Shown here in pieces: positions 37,071 through 49,754 of a stretch of DNA of 62,000 nucleotides. Under the pieces are notes generated by a model. It was not told where the DNA came from. It did not search any database and saw only the letters and a list, made by a program, of their open reading frames with translations. The stretch is from Vicugna vicugna. Lineage: Eukaryota. Position numbers and translations under genes: made by a program. Position 1 is the stretch's first letter; each line of letters starts with the position of its first letter. The stretch lies in NCBI GenBank assembly GCA_013265495.1, contig MU058423.1, forward strand, positions 1,749,061 through 1,811,060. The letters run 5' to 3'.

Positions 37071-38619
37071 TGAAAACCTCCTATCTCTTAGGTTCCCCTT
37101 CCCGAAAGAGCCAAAAAGGCCAGGATTTTTAGAAATCTGAGATGTTGAAGGATTTCTAATCTCTTCTGGTCCAGAGGTTGCTCTTCTGGGCTGAGAATGA
37201 AAATTGACTCCAAAGTGTCCAGAAAACTCCTGAAATTGCCTCTAACATGCTGTGATGTGGTCATCTTTCCACGGAGAGCGTCCACCGCTGTCCACGGGCC
37301 CCAAACTTAGAGCTATTGGTCAAACTTAGACCCCTCACCTTCTACCTTCTCCTCAGTGTCCAGGAAGGAAAAGTGATTTTGCCAGAGTCACTTCCATTTA
37401 TTCAAAAAAATTCATTTATTCAAAATACATATTTGTACTTTGTGCTTAGGAAACTCTGCCCCTGTGGGTCTTCTAGGGCAAAACAGAAATTCACCTGCAG
37501 CGAATTTGGCTCGGCCAGAGCTAGACCTGACCTGGTCCCAGGACATCTCTTTCCAATAATCTGTCCCCTTTGCAGCAGCTGTGACTGGGCCTCAGGCCTC
37601 AGGATCCAGACCTGAAGTTTCCCCAGGCAGGTTTAGCACAGCAGTGGGAAAAGATCACATAGTCTGATGTGAAATTAGCACTACTGAAATGATATGCAAA
37701 TGAGGCAAGTCCACATCTCTTTGATCCAAGGGTTGGGGCATTTTTGAATCTGACTTCTCAGCTGATTATCCTCTCCCTTCTTTTCCTTTAGATCCACTGC
37801 CTCACCAAGTGCAGTAAACACACTCACCAATCAAAGAAGATGAAGGCTCTTTGGCCTTGTATCACATCCAACCTGAACACAGGTCAGGGCTCTGTGATTG
37901 GTGGTTTGCAGGGAAGTTAGGAGGTAAATCTCCCATCTGCAGGGATTCCTGTGCCAGGAAAAATCTGCCCTTCCCCAGGTCTGTTTTGATGGAAGATTTA
38001 CACTCTTTTTACTGATCATTTGGGGAGCCAGCAGCAACCAACCATCTGAGAAGTAAAACCACAGCCATTGTGTTTCGGTGGTGTGTGTGGTACCTTCTCT
38101 GTCCGAGGAAAAGCCAGGCATCTTTAAGTATCTTGTTCATCTCCGAATCCTCAGCATCTGACATAGTGCCAGGCACAATAAATATTCATTGAATGAATGA
38201 ATACCTACATCACATAGTCACAGTGGTGGCCAAGATATCTGTGTCATCGGGACAGCAAAGATACGGCCACGTTCTGGGACCCCCTTTCTCCTGTATCTCT
38301 ATCTGGCCTTATGAGAGGCCTCTAATCCTACTCCTCCCAGTTGTGAGTCAGACTGGCCTTTAGGTATAGGCGGTCTGAGTTGCCTGACTCAAATGGCCCA
38401 AGGTCAAGGTGCCACACATCTCCTAATGTCCCGTCCCCAGCGTACATTCCCACAGGTCCCAGAGAAGTTGCCCTCCAAACAAAGCCTGTTTAACCCTACA
38501 CCAGCCCCAGGGCCAAACCCTTCCCATATCCCGAGAGTCTAAAGTCTAAATGGTTCCCACAGGCTTCCCAAATCCTAATGCTGAGAAGATCTTGATATCT
38601 TAGGAAATGTCGGGCCTTG

Positions 38620-38970
38620 GAGTCAGGTCTGAGCTCCATTCCTGGTTCTACTGTATAGGAGAGTGTGTTATCTGTGTGACCCGAACAAGGGAGGTAACGT
38701 TTCTGAACTTCTGTTTTTTCTGTCTCCACTTGAGATTAAAATGCCTACCTCACAGGGCTGTCACGGGGATTTTTTTCAAAAAAGGTTTTATATATACATA
38801 TATATATATATAAATTACACTGTAAGTGTTGACTTCACATGCATTATGTCATTAGTTATCACAACAGCCCTGTGAGGTGAGTTATTGTCTGTATTTTACA
38901 GGTCAGAGAGGTTACATAACTAACCCAAGATCACACAGCTAATAACTGGCAGAGCCTTTGTTGAGTCCAG
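38620..38970. mobile_element. Inverted pair of MIR fragments around a (TA)n run at 38789-38812
   Basis: Sense MIR (ggagtcaggtctgagctccattcctgg...cctacctcacagggctgt) and antisense MIR (cacaacagccctgtgaggtgagttatt...acccaagatcacacagctaataactggcagagc). Confidence 0.65.
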
Positions 38971-39519
38971 CCTCACACCCTTAAGGATTACAACTGATAG
39001 ATGTTAGTCCCTCTGCTGCCACCACCTTCTTCCCCCACGTGGTTGAGGGCATATAGATGAGTCTTACCAGAAGACAAACAAGAAAACCTCACCTGCCTTA
39101 AGAAGCCCTGATACAATCAAGGTAGTCCACCTAGCCTGGGTGAGTCAGGATGGGAACGGCCTCAGTCTGCCCTCTAAGCCCTCATATTGAGCCCTGGGCA
39201 GTGGCATCAGGGAGCTGTGGGATGGGGAAAGGCAGCCCCAGGAAGAACTGTCTCACTCCCCATTTCAGCCCCCGATCGTCGAAGTGTCCAAGGCAGCAGG
39301 TAGCAGACTCCATCCATCCAAGACTTGGCGTGCCCAGCATCCTTCCTCCAGCTGGGGCCAGGCCTCCTAGCCACACTGTCCCACCCACACCCATCCCTGC
39401 TCAGTTTGCTCCTGGTGCCCCTTCTCATCCAAGATGCTTCAGATAGTGGCCGTGCATGAATAGAGGAACTCTCAAAGGGTGACGTGGGGACAGAACCACC
39501 TGGGGGGAAATAGACATGA

Positions 39520-39549
39520 GCGCACGCACGCGCGCACACACACGCACAG
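39520..39549. repeat. Alternating purine-pyrimidine tract (GC/AC), Z-DNA-prone
   Basis: gcgcacgcacgcgcgcacacacacgcacag. Confidence 0.7.
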
Positions 39550-39719
39550 CCAGCCAGGCAAATCCTCACAAAGTCCTAGACCTGCTTTATTGTCCTTAGC
39601 CTCACCCCACTTAGGCCTTAGTCTTTGAAAGCAATTGAATCAAGAAAAAGAAAGGCTCCTCGTGCAAAGCGGGTCGTTATGCTGACTGAATAATTCAAAT
39701 CAACCAAGATGCGGGGACC

Positions 39720-41560
39720 ACTACCACGTGCAGCATAGTGCTGCGCAGTTTGCTTGCCTTATCTTGTTTGGTCCTCGCAACATCTCTGTGAGATCATTGT
39801 CACTATCTCAATTTTCAGATGAAGAAATTAGGCTCAGAGAGGCAAAGTGATTGCCCAGACTCACACAGCTAATGAGAGGCAACTTTAGGACTCAGATCTC
39901 AGACAGCTGGAAACATCAAAGCCAAGTCTGCTGCCCTTGACAAGACACCACATGCATCCAGGTGGGGTCAGCTCCAGCTGGGTCTTACAGCAACACTGCA
40001 GCAAAAATCACCAAGGACTCCAACTCTGTCCTGGAACCCACTTGATCTCTGGGAGCCTCCAGAGAAATATGGCGATGAGGCAGCTTGGGGAAGAGTCAGG
40101 AAGTCTAGGGATTACGAGGTGCAATAGAATCGGATCACCCTCCTTGGGTATTTTTGTCAATGGGATTCACGAGGCTGTAAGGTGTGAATGAGCAATCGCT
40201 ATATTAAAATTTCCTGAAAAAGCTTTCCTCCTTTGGGCCTCAGCTCCTGAGAGAGAGAAAAGGAGGAGGCGTGGGGGGTGGCATTCTGCACCCCCTCCAG
40301 AGCCCCTGTCTTCAATTTGCATCCTCAGGGCCCAGGAAGTGGGTGAAGGCAACGCCTTCACCACTAGTCTTCCTCCCTCTGGTGGCCTGACCCAGTCTTA
40401 TTTATAAAGCAGGGTGGGGCAGTGGGTAACCGCTCTTCACAGGGCAGTGATGAGGAGGAAATACGTATTGGAAGTTGCCTGGCACTTCCGTTCTCGGGTG
40501 AGAAGTGCCCCCTTGAGGCCAGGAGGCCCAGCTCTGGGCCAGCAGGTCTGTTTCGGGATCCCAGCTCTGGTTTTGAGATCACTGAATCCCAATTCCTCAT
40601 CTATAAGGTGGAGTGAAACTGCTCACCTGGCGGAGCTGTTGTGGGGATAAGGGCATTATGTAAAGCACCTCTCAGGGGGCCTGACAGGGAGTCAGTCTTT
40701 ACGAATGCTGGGCTTCCCTCACACCCCCGCCCCAAGCTCATGGATTCACTCAGCGATCACTTGTGTGAGACTGGCACTGTGCTAGGCTCTGGGGGTCAGC
40801 GGTAAATAAGATGCCATCCCTGTGTCAAAAATCTCCCCTGGTAAGATTACACCTCCCCTCAGAAGGGAAAGACGGAGGAAAAAGTCAAGGAAGGGGAAGA
40901 CATGAGCCTTGAACTGGTAATAGCACATGAATGGGCTCTTGATAATGAATGAATGGATGATCCCATGAATGAATAACAAAAGCAAATGCTTGCATGGCAC
41001 CTGCTCTGTGACAGGCCCTGTTCTAAGCACTTTACATATGTTAATTCATTTGATACTATGACTACCCTATGTGGTAGACACTAATTACCTCATTTTACAG
41101 ACAAGGAAACTGAGGCATAGGGAGGTTTACATAACTTGCTAAAAAGGCTTGCATAACTTGCAGTGTCAGGATTGGAACCCAGACTACCTGACTCCAAAAT
41201 CCATGCCTCTAAGTCTCCCTCTTTTTTTATGACCCACACTTCAAAGCAATTTCTCATCCTTTGAGCCTCATGGGACATCTGTGTGGTAGCCAGCTTGGCA
41301 GGCATGATTATCCCCAGTTTCCAGAGGAAACCAAGGCACTGAAAGGATAGCAATTTGCCAAGGACACTCAGCTGGAAAGAAAAAAAAGAGAACTGACAGT
41401 GACTGTCAACTTTCAGGGTGAGGTGAAGGGGTGGGAGGTTGACAGCAGCAGAATCCTGATTGTCAGATCTGGAAAAGATCTCAGGGGTCAACTGCTTCAT
41501 TTTATCAATGAGAAGATTGAGGCTCAGAAAGAGATGGCAGCTTGCTTAAGGATACACCAC
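39720..41560. mobile_element. Cluster of MIR fragments (- 39720-39900, + 40530-40710, - 40980-41210, - 41240-41370, - 41450-41560)
   Basis: Repeated MIR core phrases, for example cctcattttacagacaaggaaactgaggcata and ttttcagatgaagaaattaggctcagagaggcaaagtgattgccca. Unique sequence lies between them. Confidence 0.65.
40370..40388 (-). promoter_or_regulatory. CTCF-like motif
   Basis: Reverse complement AGGCCACCAGAGGGAGGAA; the core CCACCAGAGGG is intact and the 3' end deviates. Confidence 0.45.
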
Positions 41561-41699
41561 GAATCGGTAACTGGCATGCCAACTGCCAGTCAAGCCAACT
41601 GCACCACGCTCTTGTTCAAGCTATGAAACATAGCAGTAGGTAAGGGAGATGCGCACAAAGTCAGGTTGCGTGAATTAAGCCTCTAACCAGCTCCAATAC

Positions 41700-42490
41700 C
41701 GCACTTGATTTTATGGGGAATGCAAAGAACTGTAGTCCCTTCCCTGCTAGTCTGCGGATACACATTAGTAAATGAAACAGTCAGAGAGTCTGCTCTCAAG
41801 GGGGCTGAGGAGATAGGGAGTGATACTACAGGGGGCTCTCTCATGCGGGGTGGGTAGGGAGAGCCTCTTGGGTAAAGTGGTACCTAAGTAAACACCTTGA
41901 GGAAGGCTTGGCCATGCAGATTGAAGTGGGAGGCTCAGGGAGCAGCAAGGCCAGAGCACTCCCAATGACAGGAGAGGACGTGCCTTGGAGGTCAGGGTTT
42001 CTGGAGCAGAATTGGCAAGTGGGGGAGGCAGTGGCAAAGGAAGGTAGGAAGGATGAGAATGAGGAGGAGCTTGCAGGTCACGTGGGACCTTGCAGAGACA
42101 GACAGGACTCTGGATTCCATCCTGGGTAAGGTGAGAAGCTGTGGGAGGCCTTCAGCAGTGGAGAAAATTGACTGGACATTTTTACAGGGATCACACCAGC
42201 TGCTGTGTTTAGAATAGACTTTGGTGGGCCAGGATGGAGACGGGGGGACCGGTTAGAAGACTATTGCAGTAATGCAGGCGAGAAAGCGTAGCAGCATGGA
42301 TGTCGGCGGCAGAGGAGCCGGTAAGAAGTAGTTACCAACCCGAGTACCCAGCTGTATATGCTGTGTATGAAGATGCAGCCGGTAGGATTCGTGGTGGATG
42401 GAATATACGCTTGTAAGGAAACAAAGGCACGTAGGATGACTCCAGGCTTTTGGCCTGTGCATCTGGTCCAACGGAGCTGCCATTTCTTGT
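41700..42490 (-). mobile_element. L2 fragment
   Basis: tttacagggatcacaccagctgctgtgtttagaatagact...accggttagaagactattgcagtaatgcaggcgaga...ggatgactccaggcttttggcctgtgcatctgg are antisense L2a phrases. Confidence 0.75.
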
Positions 42491-43639
42491 GACGAAGAAA
42501 TCTGTATGAGCTGATCAAAAGTTCACTTACTCAAAATGTTCATCTAAGGATTCTCACCTTCTAGCTTCCACACAGTCCTAACTGTGGGCAAGTGAGCACT
42601 CTGGAGGGGGACTTTCCTAGCCACAGACGGACTCACGATGGCCCCTCTCATGTGATCCTACACTGTCCCACCCCAACCCCGACCATAAACCTTCTGCCTT
42701 CTCAAAAGCAAACCCTCGCTCATCCTGGGAGCCAAGGGCCAGAGCCCAAGCAGGGTCAGAGCCCGGATGGCCAGCCAAGCTTGGCCCTGATTTAATTATG
42801 AGATCAATCCAACAAGCTGCCTTGCCAGCAGGAGTGCCCTGGGCCTCAGCTCGGCCAGCCCCTGGGGCACAGCTCCTGGGCTTGTCAGAGGAAGTTAGCC
42901 TCACACACCAGGCCCTGGGTCCCATCCAGCAGGCCTGGATGGCCCTGCCACTGGTCACCTGGAATCTGAGAAGAGTCAAGTCCAGGCCAGGCCTAGGCCA
43001 TAGGATTTAGGGCACCGAGCTTGCCGAAACTTGAATAGCGAGGACACCTGGGACCAGAGAAGAACCATGAGCAGTGGACTAACTCTTGGAGAGCTGACCA
43101 CGGGGCAGGGAGGGGAGCCCTGAGTGCTGATGCAGAAACTCAAGCAGATGCCCCTTACCCAGACTTGGAAACACTGTGCGGATGCCAGAGAAGGCTGCAC
43201 TCCCGAGCGCCCAGGCTCAGCCACAGGACACCTGGAAGTCAGACAGCATGAGTGATTTCAAGCACTGCCCAGGGGCCTGGGTCACACCTGCCCAGCTCTT
43301 CCTGCGAGGACCAGCAAGGGACTGATGGCTCTGGTCCGTATGATGAGGTCCCTGCCTTCAGTGCCTCCCTGGGCTCCTCCTCGCTGTTCTCCAGATGGGC
43401 TTACTGGGACACAGGTGTAACAGGTGTATTTCCACATCTCCAAAATGGGGCCACACACAGTCCATAGGGCCTGCCTGGGGATGGATATACATTGAGACTT
43501 TCCAGCCGGAGCCTTCACACCACGCCCACAGCTGACTACCCCTCTCTCCTTCCCCCCTCCCCAGAATAATACATCCCTTGTTTCTACCCAGTTGTAAAAC
43601 TGCTCTTAAGGGTTCGGTGAGCTGGCTCAGCTATGAAGA

Positions 43640-46130
43640 AATAGAATATTGGGGGCAGGCAGGGACCTTAGAGATCATCTCACTCTTTATATAGATGGGA
43701 AGACTAAGGCCCGAAATGGGAAGGGACTTGTTCAAGAGCTCAGAGTAAGTGGTTGATAAAACCAAGAGCCCAGGGCACCTAACTCCCAGTCCAGTGCTAT
43801 CTCGGTGGTCCACCACTTACCCACAGAGCCATATGTCCTTCCTCCCGCCACCTTCCTAGGCCTCTCCCTAGGTCCAAGACCCTCATAGAGCTGAGAAGCA
43901 TCCCAGAGTGACCCCCCTCTCCTCCAGCAATTCCCTCAACATTCCTTCCTTCTCCTGTCCTTCCCCCAGTGTCACCACTGCCTCCAGATGACAGTCACAG
44001 TGCTCCTCACTCTAGGATGCAGTTACAATGTGCACCTATGTCCTTTCCCTTTTTATACCACTCATTCAGACGCAGCATCTCGTTTGAACCCAAGGTTCAA
44101 CAATAGGGTAGGTATTATTGGCCTCATTTAACTGATGGAGAAATTGAGTCTCAAAGAAGCTTACTGGTTAGAGAGTGCTACGTGGAGTCTTGGACCCAGA
44201 GCTGTCTGATTCTGCGAGCCATGTTTTCTCCATGACACACCCACTTCTGTGGCAGGCTTCGAGTGTGAAAGCCAGTTAGTTCCATCTGATGAGTCTCGTG
44301 CCTTCTCCTGGAAAATGAAGGGTTTGGAGGAGGTGACTTCCTCTGGGCCCAGGATGTTGATCTTAGGGATTTCTATGAGACAAAGTAGGGTCATGATGTT
44401 TTCAGGGGAGAGTGTACAGAGAAGCTTCAAGGATCCTCACTTGCATGGGTCCTCCCAAGGACCCTTCTCTTCTTTTCATTCTGAACAAATATTCATTCTT
44501 TTTCCAAATGCTGTGTTCTTATAAAATGTTGATCTTAAAGATTCTATCTCCCCATCCCAATCACCCTCCAAAAAAATTGAATACATTTCCAGCTCCACAA
44601 AGCAGGAGCTGCCTTTGAGAGTCAGCTAGAACTAGGTTCAAGTTCATTTACGAGCTGTGTGATTCTGGGGCGGGGGGACTGACACAGAGCCATCTATTTC
44701 CTCTGTGACGTGTGGTATGAGGGTCCCCTGGTGCACAGACTGCTCGCTGGCCTCTGCTCTTTTCTGTTGTACAGAGCCAGGCACACGCTCAAGTCCAGCT
44801 TTCCTCGGGGTGGACGAAACAGGACCCTGACTTCAATTTTAGCCCACGGCAGTGTGTCTGCTCTCTGGTTCTCAGGAAACAAGTCCCTCTAGAGCATCTA
44901 GAAGGGCATGACTGTGACCCTGGCCGGAACAACCTCCCATTTCCATTCCCCTGAACGCGACGTGGAGTGCTCTCACGTTCTAAATCTCGCCACGCCTCAT
45001 GCTGGCGGCCGGGTGGGGATTGCTGCTCCCCTTTGGCAGATGAGAAAACTGGGGCCCAGAGACAAAGAAACTTACCGAGGTCCTGCAGCTATTTGGACAG
45101 AGAGCTGGACTGAAGCAGGGTACTCAAAGCACTTTTACACCGGGATGACTCACAGCCATCCTGGAGGCAGGAAGGGGACTCACTGAGACCTCTTGTGTTC
45201 CCTGATATGCCAGGGCCATCGAGCAGCGGGTCATAGCACCAGGACTGGAACCGGGACCCTGGTCAAGGTACCTGCATCTGCCCTACCAGGCTTGGTGGTC
45301 TTGGGCTTAGAGAGATTTGATCAAGCAGCCTCACTGCCAAGAGTAGCGCAGGCCCCTGGCCAAATCAGAACGTAAAGTGAGCATTCTTATACACGCCAAG
45401 CACTGCACTGAGCGCTTCATGTACACTGTTTACATCCTCACGACCACGCTCTCATGGGAGAGAGCATTCCTTCCTCTTCACAGATGAGGGGACTGTAGCT
45501 CAGAGAGAGTCAGTGACTTGCGCTGAGTGACACAGCTAAGAGGTGCTGAGACGGGGACTGGCGCCGCTGGCTCAGCTTTCATCTCTGGCATCTTTTTGTT
45601 CTCAGCTTAGACAGCACCATCTCGGGCAGCTTTTCCTAATCAGCCCCCATCTAAGCCGCGCTCCTCGGTTCTTGGTGTCTGCACTCTATTTTCTTCTGAG
45701 CATTTTTCACAATCTGCAAGTCATTTCATTTATTTATCAGCCCGGTTTATTTTCTGACACTCCAACCAGAACATAAGCTCCAAGAGAGCTCAGATGCTGT
45801 CTGTCTTGTTCACAGCAGAATCCTTAGAACAAAGCCTGGCACACAACAGATGCTGACCACGTGATGGTTGAATGAATAAGTGAAGACTCTCAGCACCGGC
45901 TCAAGTGCAGTGAGTCTGGCGGCTGAGCTTGGACATGAGTAGAGGAACCTCTGCAGGCCCAGTGTGGCAGAGAGAATGTGGATTTTGGTGTCAGCCAGAC
46001 CTCGGTTCTAACCTCAACATTTACTTGCAGAGTGACCTGGGGCAAGCTTTAGTCCTTGGTTTTCTCTCCAGTTAAATGGGCATGGTCATACCTGCTTTCA
46101 AGGATGGCTGTCAGAATAAAATAGGATCAG
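43640..46130. mobile_element. Scattered MIR fragments (43640-43800, 44080-44160, 45020-45100, 45380-45560, 45960-46130) and an L2 3' tail (45660-45880)
   Basis: MIR core phrases (cagatgaggggactgtagctcagagagagtcagtgacttgc) and L2 tail (ctgtcttgttcacagcagaatccttagaacaaagcctggcacacaacagatgct...gttgaatgaat). Confidence 0.6.
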
Positions 46131-46944
46131 AGAGAAAGGGAAACCAGAATGGATCCTCGCCTACCCCAACTTCAGTACAGAGCCGCTCCCTTCCCCCTCC
46201 CTGCCAACAACAGCCCTCCAGGCTGGGAAAGGTCCAGAACCCCACTTGCACTAAGAGGTGGCTGCGGCTGGGCGGCCTCAGAGCCTGTTACTGCTCCCCC
46301 AACCCCGCGCATGCAGCAGCCAATTTCAAACTATGTAAATATGCCAGGCTGTCTCCTCAGCCAGGGAACAGCTATACTTAGTGCAATTTGCATGTATTTT
46401 AAGCTGACTTGTTCCAGGCAAAGAAGCCAATTCATGAATTTAATGACATTCATAGATTCCCAGGATGTCAGCACCCAGCAGCAGGAGCGACATCAGAGAC
46501 CATCCAGCCCAGCCCCTCATTTGGCGGAGGACAGCAATCTGTCCAAGGTCACACCTTGGCTTTGATTCCAAGTCCAGGGTCCTTTTCAGGGCCGTCTGTA
46601 TTTTACTCTACCCTCTCCCGGCATTCATCTAAGAGTGAATTTGCAGCCTGCAGACCCTCATGCCACCTGGACTGCTTCAGCTCCAGGGGAGCAGTCTGCT
46701 CTCCGAAGCTGCCTTGAAGGCAGGGGTGACGGTGTGGGTGTGGTCTGCGGCAAGCTGGGGATCAACTGCATGCAGAGGACAAAACAGCCCGATGGGTACC
46801 CAGCCATGAATCCTTCTCTGCCAGGGCACTGAGGGACCCATAGAATGAAGTCTTGTAAGCATTCCTACCCCTCTTAACAACCCATTTAAATGATGTATTA
46901 GGTCATCCAGGGATTTACCTAGAGCAGATTTTTAATTCTAATTG

Positions 46945-47445
46945 ACAGTGATTGCTTCTGCCTGCCCAGGGAAACTTTTCCCTTCTGGTAACTGCACCCT
47001 TCTTTGCTTTATGGGAATGGTCCCCTCACCTCCATGGATTCCAATGGGGCTGTCAATCATAGGGCCCTGAGGCTTTGCCACAGAGCTGGGCATGTGACCC
47101 AGACCCAGACTGGTCAGTGGTCCAGGGGTGGTCATGTGACCCAGTCTTTTGGAGGAATGTGACGCTTGCTCAGGGAGAGGTGGTGGTGCTGTTTTTTCTG
47201 AAGCAAGCTGTGGGATGATGACAGCCACTAGCTTTGCCACCATGAGGAGGAAGCCTGCCTTGGAAAGAAGTCACAAAATGGAAAAGCGGGCCTGTGATGG
47301 AGAGACAGAATACTGATGCCATTTTTGAAATGCCTGGATCCAGTTGTGCCTGAAGCCCAGCTCAACCCTCTAAGTGCCCCTATTTTCTCAAGCTAATTTA
47401 GGTTGGATTTCTTCACTTGCAACTGAAATACTCCTGACTCAGTCA
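46945..47445 (+). mobile_element. MLT1 (ERVL-MaLR) solo LTR
   Basis: Doubled catgtgacccag, gccaccatgaggaggaagcctgcct, cctggatccagttgtgcctgaagcc and terminal ggttggatttcttcacttgcaactgaaatactcctgact, typical of MLT1J/K-type LTRs. Confidence 0.8.
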
Positions 47446-47787
47446 CCAGTCATCTCCTGAGGTAATAAATCACATGAGGTGACCTCTGCCATGTAAAATC
47501 GTACTTATTTGGCGGTGGGTCCTAAACTGACCTTCATAAATTTTATGAAGGCGTTCCCATTCTAATTAAGTGTATGTGGAGCCTACCTTGTGCCAGATGC
47601 TCTTCTATTAAGCCATTTAGTTACCCGAACAATTTTCTGAAAAGTATTATTATTATTATTTTATTAGCCCTATTTTAGAGAGTAGGAAACAGGTTCACCT
47701 TGGCCCCATAACTTCACCGTAACTAAATGTTGGAGGTTGTCTCAAATTTAAGTACTGTGACTCCAAATGCTCTAATAAAAGTATCTG

Positions 47788-47850
47788 ATGATGGTATGAT
47801 GACGAGGAGGAGGAGGAGGGTGAAGATGAGGACGAAGATGAGGATGATGG
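47788..47850. repeat. Degenerate (GAG/GAT)n trinucleotide tract
   Basis: gatgatggtatgatgacgaggaggaggaggagggtgaagatgaggacgaagatgaggatgatgg. Confidence 0.75.
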
Positions 47851-49169
47851 CTCCAAATCAATGAGCGCTTCCATGTACCAGGTGCTATGCTAAGCATTCA
47901 CCTCTCTGTCAATTACTTCTCCCAACAACCTTGAAACTTTACAGCTGAGGAAAGTGAGGCTCAGGACAACTGATGTAACCTGCCCGGCCAGCCTGGACGA
48001 GCTGGGATTGGCCTTCACCTCGCACAATGCCAGTGTTCTAGATGATGAGGGGGAGGAAGTTTGAGTTCATTCTGCTCAGACTCTTCCTGACTGTTATCGC
48101 CTTGACTCTCATCCTCTCTTGGTTTTTGTCTTTCTGGGCTAAGAAGAGACCCCGTCTCTTGCAGATGGCTCCAGTTCCTCTCGGGCTGTCTACCTGTCCC
48201 TCCAGTCAGGCCTGGGCTGGCCAAGCCCTCCCAGATCCTCACGTCCAGGCTCAAGAGCTCAAGATCGAGTCCCAGGACTGCATCCAGAGCTTTCCTTGAC
48301 CACTGCCATCAGTGAGGGGCAAACAAAAGGCTAAAGAAGGGTGTGGAGCTTCTCCCTGGGGCCACCAAGAGTTGGCCATGGGTGGACTCCAGGTCTCCGC
48401 CTCTCTGGTCCTCACCGCTCTGGGAGCCCTGCTTGGAGGCACGCTGGGCTGCTGGTCCCTGGGGTGCTGAGCAGTGGCTCCACTGCATTTGTTTACAGAG
48501 CGAGAATAGGGCCCGCCTGGAACACTGGCATGCTGCCTACCTTCCAGGAATAGCTCAGTGACCTAGGCCAAAGAGTCCCCATATTTGGCAGAGGGAAGAA
48601 AACCTTTACATGGACCAATAGAATGGTCCAGAATTGCTGTCCTTTGTCAGGGCCACCTCTCTCAGACTCTACACTCCACTCTTCCAGGGTGGATGCCTCT
48701 TGCTCCCTGCCAGGCCCCTTATGTATCCCTCACAGTGACAGCCAATGATGGGTCACAGTTTCTGCTGGCTGTACCCCACCTGGGATGCCAAGGGGAGACA
48801 CAGGTACCCATCTGGCAGGCAGGAACTTGCTTTTTTGTCACCTAATCATCCAGACGGCTTCTCAGGCTAGGACTGGCCTAAAAATGCCAAGTCAGCCTTG
48901 GAAGGAAGCATCTGGGACAGCAGGCACAGATGGCGCCATCTGGGCCATGTCAATGAGAGTCTCCTGTGGTGGCCACCAGGGTCATTTTGTCCAGCCTGCA
49001 GCCTCCACGTCGTGCTGAACAACTTTATGGATTCTTTCAGCCCCAGTCCAAACGTCAATTGTCCTTTGGCTTCATGGGAGTCTACCTTGGACCAGCCTTC
49101 AGTCTTCCTCCTTGCCCTTCAGTTACCTTTATCTGGTATACCCTGAGCCCTGAGTCACAGGAGATGGCT

Positions 49170-49390
49170 TTTTGGAGTAGAAAGAGCATCAGCCTCAGTA
49201 TCCAGCCTGGGCTTGAAATCCAGCCCTTTCCACTGTGTGGCCCTGATCAGATAACTTCACTTCTCTGAACTTCGATTCCCTTATCTATATTATGAGAATA
49301 ACTCCCTCCTTGCCATCCTTACCAGGTGACTGTAAGAACTAGAAAGTATGTATATAAAGTTCCTGGCACAGAGCAACTGTTTAATACAAG
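49170..49390 (+). mobile_element. MIR fragment
   Basis: cagcctgggcttgaaatccagccctttccactgtgtggccctg...cttcacttctctgaacttcgattcccttatctat...taaagttcctggcacagag. Confidence 0.6.
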
Positions 49391-49754
49391 ATAGCCACTA
49401 TCATTTTTGCAATTATTTGTTAATGCTATCTTTCTAAAAGCTCAGGTCTTCCTCCCCACCAGTTGCCCTGCCCACAGCAGCTTTCCCAATGAACACTTCC
49501 TAGAGTCCTCTTCTCATGCCCATTTTAAGCCCTCTCTTCCCCGAGGCTTTCTGGAAACAATGTCCCAGTTCCAAATATTATATTCAAAGTGAGAGGTTTA
49601 AGGTCACTGTCAGTTCTCAGAATGCTTGGTATGGAAACCTGGTTTCTTTTCTCTGTCCATCCTCGGACCTTTCGAAACAGCCCCATCCTCCTGGGAAGGG
49701 CCTGCTATACCAGCCCCAGGGAAACGACCTCGGAACACTGATGAGCACTCACAA

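Noticed and set aside
37268..37300. REST/RE1 site (ccacggagagcg and inverted cgctgtccacgg)
   Set aside because: Only right half-sites; the TTCAGCACC left half is missing on both strands.
47788..47850. Acidic Asp/Glu-coding stretch suggesting a processed pseudogene
   Set aside because: No flanking coding similarity; it is a degenerate trinucleotide repeat between two MIRs.
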